Shown in pieces: positions 41,084 through 53,076 of a stretch of 64,000 bases of DNA (positions within the stretch are counted from its first letter, which is position 1; each line of letters begins with the position of its first letter). This stretch comes from Saccostrea cucullata (Eukaryota). The stretch spans positions 248,001-312,000 of the forward strand of contig NW_026931135.1 of NCBI RefSeq assembly GCF_032062105.1, read 5' to 3'. Under the pieces are notes generated by a model. That model saw nothing but the letters and a program-made list of their open reading frames with translations. It had not been told where the DNA came from and made no database searches. Made by a program: the position numbers and the translations under genes.

Positions 41084-41572
41084 TGACTAATGATGACTCA
41101 ACTTTGAAGACATTCATAAGGATTAACTCAGAAGATCTGAAACTAGACCCGAGCACTTCAGCGGATAACTCAAATATTAATGACAAGAAAGACAGCCAGG
41201 AACTGAAAAATGCAGATAAAGGCACTGAAGTAATTTATAGCAGGGAGGAAGAAAATTTAAAGACAAGAGGTACACCTGTGGAAGATACAGAAGAAGATAA
41301 TACAGTAGAAATAATGGCTAGTATTCTCTCCTCCAAAACAATGATTATGGGTGATTTTTTTCAAAAAATTTTGGCTGACAAAGAAACATTACCGACCGTA
41401 AGCATTGTAGATTTTGCTGGACAGTTTGCATATTATGCTTGTCATCAGATTTATATAACACCGAAGGCCTTCTTCATCCTTGTCTTAGACATGACTAAGA
41501 AGTTTTCAGATCCTGTCAGTAAAGACAAAGATAATCAAGAAGGATCTATTTTTTCCATGTGGACTTACAGAG
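41084..41572 (+). CDS. Roc-COR-protease gene exon: acidic insert plus Roc G3
   Basis: aacAG|TG ACT; IVDFAGQFAYYACHQIYITPKAFFILVLDM is a Roc signature; AGA G|GTaaaa. Confidence 0.9.
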
Positions 41573-41996
41573 GTAAAATTAATGTTCTCGTGATGTCAAA
41601 CATTCATGGCGTTAGAGAAATAGAGGTCATCTATCGTTGTACAATCTTTGATTATAAGTATTTTACCTTTTGATAATGAACTATCAGCTGGTCTTATAGA
41701 AAATTTAAATATAGGAATTTATTGAACATGTTACATGTATGCAAATTAGCTTCATGTATATACTGTTTCTAAAAAATCACTTCTGTTTGCATGATAGTTG
41801 TCAACTAGTGTTCTACCAAAACTGTGACGTAAAATTTAAATCGTCTATTTGCATCATCCGAAGTGGACATAACTTAATTACTAAAAGTCATATATAAATA
41901 ATCATTCTATGAGTTATTTATTTTTTTATAGAATACACAGCAACTAAAAGTTGAATTTTTTCATTGATTATTTGATCAGATGATGAAACTTTTTAA

Positions 41997-42240
41997 AAAC
42001 AAGATGTATGTATGAAATATTTTTGCCTCCGATTGGCAGCTTACGGCGACAGTTGAATTCTCTTAAATGTATGTCAAAGGCCAAAGATCAAGGTCAAAAG
42101 GTCACAATTGTGGATACCCAAAGGAGGGTTTTGTTACAAGGAATACATCGGTGATATAGATAAGGGCAAGGTAAAAGTTAACAGACTGACAGGGACAAAC
42201 AGAGATACAAAAATCAGACAGACAAAACAAAAACTTTATA
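41997..42240 (-). mobile_element. Truncated HINE of the 39365-40152 family
   Basis: AACAAGATGTATGTATGAAA end, one AAGGTCA monomer, ACAG microsatellite. Confidence 0.55.
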
Positions 42241-42397
42241 ATGTCGGGATCTTTTGATCCGAGGCATAAAGTTTCAGACTTATAGCATTTAAGTTCAATT
42301 TCGGGAAGGGGGGGGGGGTAGATAAATAGATAAAAAGGAGACTTATATTACAGCTTTGAAAACGCTTTTTACTCTTAGATAAGATTAATAGTCTCAT

Positions 42398-42640
42398 ATG
42401 CAACACACGGGGATGACGAACAGTATTCAAGATCAAAATCAATAAATTATTACAAAATAGGAGCAGAGCAAACACAGACCTCCAAAAAATCAGATGTGGC
42501 ACCAAGTGTCATAGAGGATTGAGCATCCCCTGCCGACCGGTCACACCCGCCAGTGCCCCTTGTCATGATCGGAAAATAACGGAAAAATCCGTTGTCACTT
42601 TGATATATAGATAATGGGCTAACAATTAGTATGAAAAACG
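42398..42640 (-). mobile_element. Penelope-like element 3' fragment
   Basis: Reverse complement of ~47935-48175 (GAGCATCCCCTGCCGACCGGTCACACCCGCC). Confidence 0.8.
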
Positions 42641-43679
42641 TAGACCCATCAGTTTTTGACTCAGTGATAAATTGTATTTGCTGAAAAGTATAGAAATTAT
42701 TAATCTGTTACAAATTTTAAATTCATCTTATTGACCGAACACTAATGCTAAGCCATTAATATACAAGTATCAACAATTTTGCTAAGAGTCAAAGTTTTGC
42801 AAATTCTTTAATCGATATAATGACCTTATTTGCAGATACGAATTATCGTTAGGGGGATGTTGAATGTTTTTTTTATACAAAGGGATATACTGTTATTTTA
42901 ACACTGAGTTGTTCAAGGATTTCACTGCTTACAAATTTCAATTCATGACCCGTGTGGGCAGGGTGAGGCCATAATGGCCAATATATTTTTTGCTTAGAAA
43001 TATATTGGAAATAATTTTTAAATCTTCTTCTCGAGAACAGCAAAGCCGTGATTCCAATTTTTAACCCGGGGATACATTGGGACTTAATGGTGGATCAAAG
43101 TTTCACATGAAAAGTAAAGAAAAACATCATTATCTTAAGAACATAGAAGCTATGTTTATTCATATTGACATGAAAGCATCCTCATTTTAACTGCAGTGAA
43201 GATTCGTATTTGTTCAAATCATGCCTCTTGGGGTATTTAGGGAGGGGCTCCGATTGGGTATCAAATTTATACAAAGTAATGTGTAGGGAAAACAATTTTA
43301 AAACCTTCTTAGCATAAAGAATTTAAATGTCAAGGCATGTTTGCACGATCTAACCCTTTAGTATACATGTTAAGTAAATTTCCAAAAAACAGATTTTAAT
43401 GTCAAGAAAAGGGTTACAAATAGTTATAGAAGATAAAAAATGTGAAAGATTCTCTTAAAACAATATTTCTCTCATAATTTCGAGTTTTATTAAATCAATA
43501 ATGTTTTAACTTTCCTATATTTCATAACTAACATAATTTTGTAATAATAAATTTGAAAAATGATGAAGTAAAACTTTTTCTAGACTTTTGTAATAATATT
43601 ACAAACCAGTAGATATCATATGTAATATGAACCCATTGTCTGTTTGTCCTATTAATATATATTTAAGTTTTTCTTTTAG

Positions 43680-43777
43680 ATTATTTGAAATTTTGGATTA
43701 CCTCAATCAAGACATTTGGCGGCAAAAAGGCACCAGTGTTTGTTATTGTCACTCATGCAGAGAACAAATCTACAAAT
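43680..43777 (+). CDS. Roc-COR-protease gene exon: Roc G4
   Basis: Not in the ORF track; ttttAG|AT..DYLKFWITSIKTFGGKKAPVFVIVTHAENKSTN|GTAAGT; phases 1 and 0 fit neighbours. Confidence 0.88.
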
Positions 43778-44201
43778 GTAAGTATCAAGCTTATAATTAT
43801 ACTTGAATTTCAATGAAAATTAATAGGACAAAATGGCGGTAAAAGATTTTGTTTTGAACGTAGATTAGAAAAAATAAAATCTAATCATTCTCAGAAAGTC
43901 GTGACTACTACACAGAGGCTAGACTTTAGGTTAAAAAATTCGTTCATTCGTTATTGAATAGAGAGAAGTGTAATTCTTTCCTGAAAAATTGTTCAAAGCA
44001 TCGTGGACTTGTGACCGTGGGACCTTTATCATGTTTGTTTACAGCAATGATTTCTATAGAAAAATATATGTCCTCTTTTTAAATTATTTTTTATACTTAA
44101 AAACATGAAATTCTCTATTCATTAAAATGTAATCATTACGTAGAGCATAACACATATCCGATCCGTAAATAAATGTTTCTTTACTTTTTTATTGTATCTA
44201 G

Positions 44202-45422
44202 GAAATAGAGAAATTCTTCACGGAACTTTGGGATACAGTTCCAGCTGAAGAAACAGACTGGTTAAGTGACTCTCTGAATGATAGAGAATATGCAGTAGGT
44301 CTGCTTGAACTAAATGACAATTCGAAACAAATGCTGAATTCTATAAAAGAGTCCATCGTAGAACTTTTTAAAAACGAAATCAATACCAAAATGGAATTGC
44401 CTTCTTCCTGGGCTCTAATGGAACAATTATTGTATGATGGAGATTGGAAGGTTTTGTCACTGGCTGATATTTGGAGGCTCAACTCATCTCTTCCCCATGA
44501 ATACAAAATTAAAAGTAATGGAGAAATGTCTGATTTTCTTAAGTGTTTCAATGATAATGGTCTTATTTTGTATTGTGAAGAGAAGAATTTGAGAGAACAT
44601 GCAATACTGGACATCCAATGGTTTGCCAATGCCTTTAGTAAGATTATTGCTGATGAAAACCATATCACTAAAGATTGTAGAAGGAGTTTAAGAAGGGAGT
44701 GGAAATCCTTCAACAAAACAGGGGAACTTAAAGAAAAAGTGGTAGATGCTCTGTGGAAAGATGAACCCTCATACCTGAAACACAAAAGTGAAATTATGTC
44801 TTATATGGAGAAACTTCAAATGCTGGTACCTTTGGAATCCTTTGGGGCTTTATCGGAAGGTGGTATGACATGGTATGTCCCTTGTATGAACAAAAAACAG
44901 TTTAAAGCTGATTTCTGTGAAGAAAAATGGGACCGCTCATCCATTTTGTGCTTTCGATTCACTTCTTTTGCCATATTTGAGTTCTACAGATTGGTGGCTT
45001 ATTGCATAGGTGTTCTAAGTTGGAAAGTTTCAACAGACGGAGATAATGAGGGAAATCTATGCCTTTATCAAACAGCAGCCGTGTTTGATTGCAAAGAACA
45101 CACAGTAGCTATCGGAATATGTAATGATGAAATTCAATTGCAAGTTTTGCGAATTAAACCATTGACTGTAGAAAAAGAAGTATCAAGTAAAATCGGACAC
45201 TCAATCGAAAATGCTGTAGAAATATTGACAAAAACCTTCACTGACACAAAAAAGTTCCAAAAAGGGATTAAATGCCAGAAAAATATTTTTTATGAGAATG
45301 ATACATCGTTCACCCTTGTAAGTGAACTCTCCAAAATCAAGACTGAAAAAACTCAGTGCGCATGTCGACTTCAAGAAAAACATATCATAACTTTGCAAAA
45401 GACTCTGGGTTTCTGGGAGAAG
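44202..45422 (+). CDS. Roc-COR-protease gene exon: end of Roc plus COR domain
   Basis: 407 codons open; ELPSSWALME, FLKCFNDNGLILY, ILDIQWFANAFSKII, WYVPCM, FYRLVAYC COR-type motifs; GAG AAG|GTaaat. Confidence 0.9.
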
Positions 45423-45715
45423 GTAAATATTAAATTATATTGGTATGAATTGAATAACCAATTAAAAAAATTTTCGACCTGTGTGGTAATTTTGGATTGT
45501 TTAATAAAGTACTTTATTAACCTGCAAGGAATTTAAGAAAGACTGGGATAAAAGCAATGTTTTAATTTTTTCTGTATTTTATTATATAGCATTTTGTTAA
45601 TTTTCTCTTGTCGACAGTCTGTTTGAGGACTGCCTGTCTAATTATCATTTGTAATTATTTTATCTCGTCAAAAAGCATTTGGTGTCTTATGTTAAAAAAA
45701 CTCACCGCTTTTAAG

Positions 45716-45923
45716 AAAAGAGAAGGATCACCAAGAAAAAGTTGTACCTATCCCTTCTCCAAAAGAGCCTCTCAGAAGGACGCACTGACAAGTCATTTAA
45801 AGGCCGAAGTCATCAGAAGTGTAGGACTTATTTATGTTGATGGACATCCGGCAGGAACAGGATTTAGGGTAGGAGAAAAGTACATCATGACCTGTCTACA
45901 TATCATCGAAAGGATTGTTCAAG
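45716..45923 (+). CDS. Roc-COR-protease gene exon: protease N-half with catalytic His
   Basis: ttttaAG|AAA phase 0; RSVGLIYVDGHPAGTGFRVGEKYIMTCLHII; CAA G|GTacgt. Confidence 0.85.
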
Positions 45924-46329
45924 GTACGTCGTTTTGAGCAGAAAAATTTTCTTTGATATAATCAAATAAAAAGAATACTCTATTAAAGACAACTATAAGA
46001 ATGTTTAAACTGCATTTAGTTTTTTTACCTCTCAATTTAGGTAAGATGTTTCAAGGATTCTGATTTAAAAAATGATAGTCGATTGGGTGTTTGTTTGAAG
46101 AGGGGATGTCCTACCCAAACGAAAAATTGCATACCAGTTCGATTATTTTCGAAACTTGTCATTTTGCTAAATGCATTACAATGTTAAATGAGTCGTAGCA
46201 AAAAAATCAACAAGTTCTAATTATGGGCAAAGATTTGTTTTCCCTTTTTCCTTCCCAAAATTCTCTTTTAATTAAAATAACCATCATTAAACTACTGGGG
46301 TAGTTATTTTCAAATTGGAAATGGATTAT

Positions 46330-48181
46330 TCTTAGATCACTTATTTTAAAAGGTCCTAAATATAGGGAACTCCGATCCTTCAACTGGCGTCGGAATTTCA
46401 TAAATATTATGGATTCTGTTGAAAATTACGCCAGACGATGGGCTAAATATGAAAAAGAAGACATTGACACCTTATCAGAATGGATTAAATGTATCAGGTC
46501 CATGTTAAAGTCACGTATTAAAAGATTGAGGGGCAAAATGAAAACCATCTATACTTCTGTGTTCAATAAACCAGAAGTGAAAAAAGAATTAGATAGATTA
46601 CACGATCAGTACGTACTGGTTCCTGCCGACATAGCAGGTAACAACATTGTCTTCGTTTGTAAGGCTCATTATATAAATTGCATTCTAGAAGAACTTGGAT
46701 TTAACTCTACAAGTGGTAATCCTACTTATACATATACTTCTCTTTCTACGGAATTCTTCAAAATCACCTGTCAGTTTTGAATACTTTTAATATTCCACAG
46801 AGCCAAAATGAATTTGAACTACCTTATATATATTGGATTCCGAAACTTCATAAGAATCCTTACAAACAAAGATACATTGCAGGTTCCAGTAAATGTTCAA
46901 CCAAGCCTCTTTCGTTACTTCTCACTAAAATATTGACAGTAGTGAAGGAAAAACCTTAAGAGTACTGTACAACTATATATTCAAGAAGTGGTGTAAATCA
47001 GATGTGGATATTAAAAAATTCTAAAGAACTTTTGGACAATTTGAAATCACAAGACTTTACAAAAATCAACAGCTTAAAAACTTACGACTTTTCAACTTTA
47101 TACACAACAATTCCCCACGACAAATTGAAATCCAGGCTTTTTGATATCATTGACAGCTGCTTCTTCAACAAAAATGGAACTTGTAAGTTTACTTACCTCG
47201 TCATTGGTCATTTGAAAAATTATTTTGTTAAAACAGATTCTGATTGCACACATAAGTACTCTGAAATTGACATCAAGAAGATGCTTGAGTTTCTGATTGA
47301 CAATATCTATGTGGTTTTTGGAGACAAGGTATTCCAACAATCTATTGGAATTCCCATAGGTACAAATTGTGCTCCGCTATTAGCAGACTTATTTTTATAT
47401 TCATATGAAGCAGAATTTATGGAGAATCTTTTACGTGAAAGAAGAAAACACTTGCTGTGGCCTTCAACTCGACATTTAGATATATCGACGACGTATTGTC
47501 AATTAATAATGATAATTTCCATTCCTACGTCGACACGATATATCCTGCTGAGCTTGAGATAAAAGATACCACAGAGTCCGACACTTCTGCTTCATACTTT
47601 GATATTTTACTTGAAAAAGACACTAATAGTAATCTAACAGCCAAGCTATATGATAAACATGATGACTTTAACTATTCTATCGTCAACTTCCCTTACTTAT
47701 GCAGCAATATACCTTCATCACCTGCATACGGAGTATTTATATCTCAGTTGATTCGATACGCAAGAGCATGCTCTACGTATGAACAATTTCTTAAACGAGG
47801 TAAATTATTGACAAGCAAGTTGATGAAACAAGAATATCAACAGTCTCGTTTAAAGTCATCATTTCGTAAATTCTATGGTCGATACAATGACCTTGTCAGC
47901 AAATACAATTTATCATTGAATGAAATGCTGACTGACGTTTTTCATACCAATTGTTAGTCCATTATTTATACACTGAATTGACCACGGATTTTTTCCGTTA
48001 TTTCCTGATTATAACAACGAGCACACGGCGGGTGTGACCGGTCGGCAGGGGATGCTCACTCCTCCATGGCACCTGATCCCATCTCTGATGTTTCGGAGGT
48101 CCGTGTTTGCTCTGCTCTTATTTTGTATATTTGTTTAATGGACGTTGAGATTGAATACTGTTCGTTATTTCCATATCCCTT
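46330..48181 (+). mobile_element. 5'-truncated Penelope-like retroelement (Naiad-like RT), pseudogenised, in the last intron of the Roc-COR-protease gene
   Basis: KGPKYRE, YWIPKLHK, YDFSTLYT, GIPIGTNCAPLLADLFL, FRYIDD, KLYDK.DDF motifs across 4 ORF pieces (2 frameshifts, stop at 46957); RT ends at 47957 with no C-terminal GIY-YIG. Confidence 0.9.
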
Positions 48182-49085
48182 TTTTTAATTAAAATTCTAC
48201 ATAAGAAACATAAAATTATATATGAATATGGGGCTTAATTATTCCCTGTTTATCTATTTATGAAAATGTGTACATTTCAGGAATAGGGTAATTTAAATTA
48301 ACAAATGTAATCTACTGTATTTAAAGACAAAACTAACTCCCACAGGCATTTACTTTTTTGTGACATACACATGTATTTGAAATTGATAACAAAAATCATT
48401 TCACAAAAAACATCCTATGTGGAAAAAAAATCAGTATACTAATAACGAAGCAAATATTTTTTCTAAGGGAATTCAAAAGTGATAAAATTGTTGCTCCTGA
48501 CCACAATCTGCATTATTTCAGTTTGTAAAATACAAAAATACTTTTGAAATAGGATAATGATAAGAGAACTAGGATCCATAGGCAAAAGTGATTCATATTA
48601 TAAAATTCACATGAGATGGGAATGAAACACAGGGCACGTGAAATTTATGTGAAACTTGCAAATTTGACAAAATTTTCATATGAATTTTACATAAAGAGTA
48701 TATTGCATAAATATCGTGCAAAGAAATTAAAAGGTCACATGAAAGTTCTAAAAAAAAGAATTATGTAAATATCGAACATACCAATTCACATGATTTTCGC
48801 ATGAAACTTATTTTACATTATTTTTGAAAACTTCAGATAAAGAGAAATTCACATTAAAATCATGTAAGCCACTTTTTCCTGTAAACATTTCATATTTATC
48901 TGATCTGCATTACTCGTTTTATTGATCTTCACATACATTGATTAGTAGGACTAATTTTATCTTGGAAAAAAATATGAAATGTAGTTTGCTTAGAGACTAA
49001 AATACATGTAAGAACAATATTGACGGAATAGACATAGATGATATGTAATCCAAAAAACAAATGCATGATTCTATTTGTTTAACAG

Positions 49086-49735
49086 GTCCCCTAGACTTTA
49101 TCCGATGTGAGAGGGTTTACATACAGTTCGAGAGGATGGTTCACCTCCAGAACACAGACCAGAGCAAAATATTCCTAATTGAGCCGACCCTTGTGTACAA
49201 ACATCAAGAATTTGATGTTGCTGTATTGGAATTAAAAAAACAGGGAATCCAGTTTCCTCAGCCTTTAACTTTGTTCAGTGCAAATTGCCTCCCTTCTGAA
49301 GAGGTTCACCTTATTGGCCATCCAGGCGGTGTTCAAATGAAGGAAGACAGTGAAGTATATCTTAGCGTTATTGAGCCAAACAATGATGTTGACAAATATA
49401 TCAAGGAGCTTAGTGAATGGAGCATGGAAAAGTTCATGAACAATGTAGATTATTACTCAAGGTTGCGTGAATTGCCAAGAAAAATTTTATTTCACACAAC
49501 GTTTGACCAAGGATCATCAGGGTCCCCTGGCATTTTGATCAGGAATCACAAACCCTGTGTTGCTCTTATTGTGGCTGGTGGGGTTCCCTCTTTTTATTAT
49601 GAAGATGGGGTATATGTGGAACCGGAGAAGCGGGTTGAGTTTGGATATGCCTTGAGAGATGTATTTGATGAAATGCAGACAAATGAAATAAACAAAAAAT
49701 TATCATCAGAAATTTTCAAAGAATGGATCTCTTAG
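49086..49735 (+). CDS. Roc-COR-protease gene terminal exon: FAM111-like trypsin-2 protease (Asp, Ser)
   Basis: aacAG|GT CCC phase 1; EFDVAVLEL (Asp), LIGHPGG, FHTTFDQGSSGSPG (Ser), VEFG; TAG 49733-49735. Confidence 0.9.
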
Positions 49736-51614
49736 AATGTACACATAGGTGTGTTTAAAGTTAAAATGAAATAATCATCAAATGTGCAATTATGTGTAAC
49801 AATATTTCCTTATTGAAAATAGTTGATTTTCTCTTTTTCCGAAAAGAATCTAAAGCATCCAACATTTTACAAAACTTGGACTCTATTTTACTTCAATCGC
49901 GGGAAAGTTTCAATGAATAATACCTTAAGATTGTTTAATATGGACTATGTATATTTCAATTAACGTTTGTGACATAAAAATAACAATCATACTTTTACTT
50001 GAAATTTGTACTTGTAATGTGTATTTTAATGTATTCCCAATTTTGCCAAGATTGTTGAAAGACCCTAGTTGTGGACGAATAATTTAAAGTTTGCTAATGA
50101 CTTAAATCCTTGCATATTCTTTTGATTTGTACATTTACCATTATATTGTAATCATTTTTACCATTATTTCAATGCCTATTCATTTTTTTTAAATATTCAT
50201 GTAGTTAGAATATCCTCATTTTTAACATTTGGTGCAGTGCTTTAAGATGTTTTATTTGATTTCCTCAATACGATATCAAAACTCATTTCTTTTATATAAC
50301 TTTAATCAATTTATGATATAATTCAGTAATTTCGTATTACTTTCAGTTTCATTAAAAGTGTCCGCATGCCGTAAAGATCACCGTACTCTCTGTTTTGCTA
50401 TTCAAAGCCCGATTATCGAAAAGAAATTCACGTCAACTTCACAAAAGTTCAATAATATTTTAAAGCATAATTTTTGGAAATAAAAAATGATATGAGAAAA
50501 TACTATATAAGGCTCTTAGACGTACGTAAATTTTTATCTTTCAAATATTATCATAACCAAAATGCTTAATAATTTTTATTACAGAATAATACATAAAACT
50601 ACTCTTTTAAAAAAGCAGTTACCAGGAAAGTGGTACATGTAATTAAAGGAATACTCTTAGTAGCTTACGGTCACAAACTCACCGTGTTATACCTTACAAA
50701 ATTCTATTGTAATAAAATTATGAAACTTATTATGCTTTCTATCATCAATGTTTGCATTCCATGATTATGTGTGGAAATAATCTTCTTTTGTAAGAATAAA
50801 TTTCATTTCTTGTACACATGCATGAAATAAAGTGTAAATTCTATTTTATGATATTCATTTTATGGTAAGTTACTAGTTAGTCATCTCTGCACGATATGAA
50901 TATTTGCAATAAACAGAGAGGAAAAATCTGTAAGAAACGTAATAAATATTTTCTTCAGGAATGGAATTTAAATGTTCTTTAGAATAAGAACATTAACATA
51001 TCACGAAATTATTTTAAAAAGTTCCTCTAAAAATGCAGCAGAAAGCATCTAGAATGAAACATAAACAACAAGACAGGAACATGATTTTACTAAAAAATAT
51101 CCTATAGAAAAGAAAAAAACATAAACACAGAATGAAATATGTCCATTCTAAAACAAGGGAATATAAATATTCTAGTAAATTGGCTTAAAAATCAAAATGC
51201 ATTTCCAATGAAGTATTTTTAATAACGTAAATATAACAGATGAACACTAATAAGTGATTTATTCATGCCAACATATTTATAACAAAATGCGACATCATTT
51301 TCAGTACACAGTGCACTGAAGTACTTTCAATCACGGCTAAGAAACTTTGAAAAATTGGCTTACAATGTTACATAGTCTTTAGAGAAAGGCCTTTTTTTCA
51401 ACAATTGATGTTAAAAATGAGTACTGCAGCTTTATGCAATAAACAAATGGCAATTCCCATTTGATAAATTTTATACTTATATTTTGCAAATATTTCAAAA
51501 AATACAAGCACAATAACTATGATTATGTTTAACAGAATGCTTAATAACGTTTTAATCATTCCATTGATTATCAATCTTTAGCCAGCATTTGATTGGAGCA
51601 CTACTTGATTGACA

Positions 51615-51677
51615 TTACTTGACCACGCCCTTAGATCCAGGTCCCCTCCTTTGTGTACTACAGATTGTACAACGCTC
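51615..51677 (-). CDS. VPS41: VPS41 last coding exon (ERCTICSTQRRGPGSKGVVK*)
   Basis: ctgtAG|GAG; TAA at 51615-51617. Confidence 0.88.
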   Translation of the reverse strand, partial: ERCTICSTQRRGPGSKGVVK

Positions 51678-51861
51678 CTACAGTGAAAGAAAATTCAATG
51701 ACTATAAGAGTAAGGCAAACAAATAGGACAAGAAAAAATACGTCTAACATAACACTCACTATGAAAATGTATATCAATTAATATACTTTTGTACCCAAGT
51801 GTATAAAAGGGTGAGACAAAACTTGGTCCTACTTCTGTTTTGAAATGAAGGAAAAAATTAC

Positions 51862-51941
51862 CATTGAGTTTGTGGGTAAACAATCTTCGTGGAATGCATG
51901 TTTACAGTGGAATAAAACAACATTGCTGGCATATCGCAAAT
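51862..51941 (-). CDS. VPS41: VPS41 RING-H2 exon (DLRYASNVVLFHCKHAFHEDCLPTNSM)
   Basis: Donor ATG|GTaatt; acceptor reads tAA; an in-frame AG lies 15 nt upstream. Confidence 0.8.
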
Positions 51942-52239
51942 TTACGAAACAGTATACTGATATTTACTTATTATTGGATATAGACTTGACCATTTTCCAA
52001 AATGGATTCAATGCAAAAAATTATTAAAACAGATCATACTTAGGAATAATTTTGAAAATAAAATTTAAATGAAATTCATTTGATAAAATTAATTTTATAT
52101 CCCATATTTGACAACTGACTTGATTTTAAAGATGTAAAATATAACACATGATTAATAATATAAATTAATTTATGACGATATCAATTTTATAACTTAAACT
52201 TAACATGATTCTAAAGATTAGCCAAAAATTATAACCCAC

Positions 52240-52284
52240 CTGTTACTATGATCCGCTGTTGACAAATAGGACAAGACTGACTAC
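52240..52284 (-). CDS. VPS41: VPS41 exon (SQSCPICQQRIIVT)
   Basis: ccAG|GT..ACA G|GTggg; 45 nt, phase 1-1. Confidence 0.85.
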
Positions 52285-52454
52285 CTGGTAAAAACAAATA
52301 TCATTTATATACATACCTGAAATAATAAAATTTTTATGCCTACAACAAAATATGAACTCCCTTGCATTTGAATCACTGCCTGACCATTGCATATTAATTA
52401 TTTCCAATACAATACTTCAAAATCCAAATATTAACCCCTCTTAAGAACCCAAGC

Positions 52455-53038
52455 CACTCATTAACCAAATCCCATATTGTCATACATATAATAATGTCCA
52501 CAGCTATCCCTCTTCTGTGTATTTAACCTGGCTGTCCAGTAAGTTAAAGCTGTCAAACATACTGTCGATAGATGCTCCTCTTCTCTGGGTTTTAACCAGT
52601 CTATCTAGTAAGTTAAAGCTGTCAGTCAATCATTAACCCCACCCCTGTTTATGGTCTAGAAAGTTAAAGCTGTCAGTCACTTGTTTACCCCATCCCATCG
52701 TATTGTCCAGTAAAAGTTACAGCTGTCAGTCACTCATTAACCCCGCCTCCATCATATTGTCATACATAATGTCGACAGCTACCCCTCTTCTCTGGGTTCT
52801 GACCAGTCTGTCTAGCAAGTTACAGCTGTCAGTCAGTCATTAACCCCGCCCCCATCATAATGTCATACATACTGTCCACAGCTACACCTCTTCTCTGTGT
52901 TTTGACCAGTCTGTCTAGTAAGTTAAAGCTGTCAATCACTCAATAACCCCACCCCCCATCATATTGTCATACATACTGTCCACAGCTACACCTCTTCTCT
53001 GGGTTTTGACCAGTCTGTCTAGTAAGTTAAAGCTGTCA
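52455..53038. repeat. Minisatellite of ~103-104-bp units built from a VPS41 exon end, donor and intron start
   Basis: AGTTA(A/C)AGCTGTCA at 53025, 52921, 52818, 52715, plus shorter rearranged units to ~52455. Confidence 0.9.
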
Positions 53039-53076
53039 GCTACCAGAATTCTTCTACAACCCTCTCTTAATGATAT
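52977..53076 (-). CDS. VPS41: VPS41 exon (ISLREGCRRILVADSFNLLDRLVKTQRRGVAVD)
   Basis: gacAG|ATA..GAC A|GTatgt. Confidence 0.9.

Noticed and set aside
46330-48181. Selenocysteine recoding, SECIS or hammerhead ribozyme in the PLE
   Set aside because: Breaks are frameshifts and a TAA, not in-frame TGA; no complete CTGATGA..GAAA core or convincing SECIS seen by eye
8005-49735. Bacterial contamination or recent horizontal transfer explaining the bacterial-like proteases
   Set aside because: Both genes have spliceosomal introns filled with host transposons and host-like base composition
51695-51745. SCPIC as the last VPS41 exon
   Set aside because: Out of phase with the upstream donor; 51615-51677 fits in frame and matches the conserved C..C..RGPGS end
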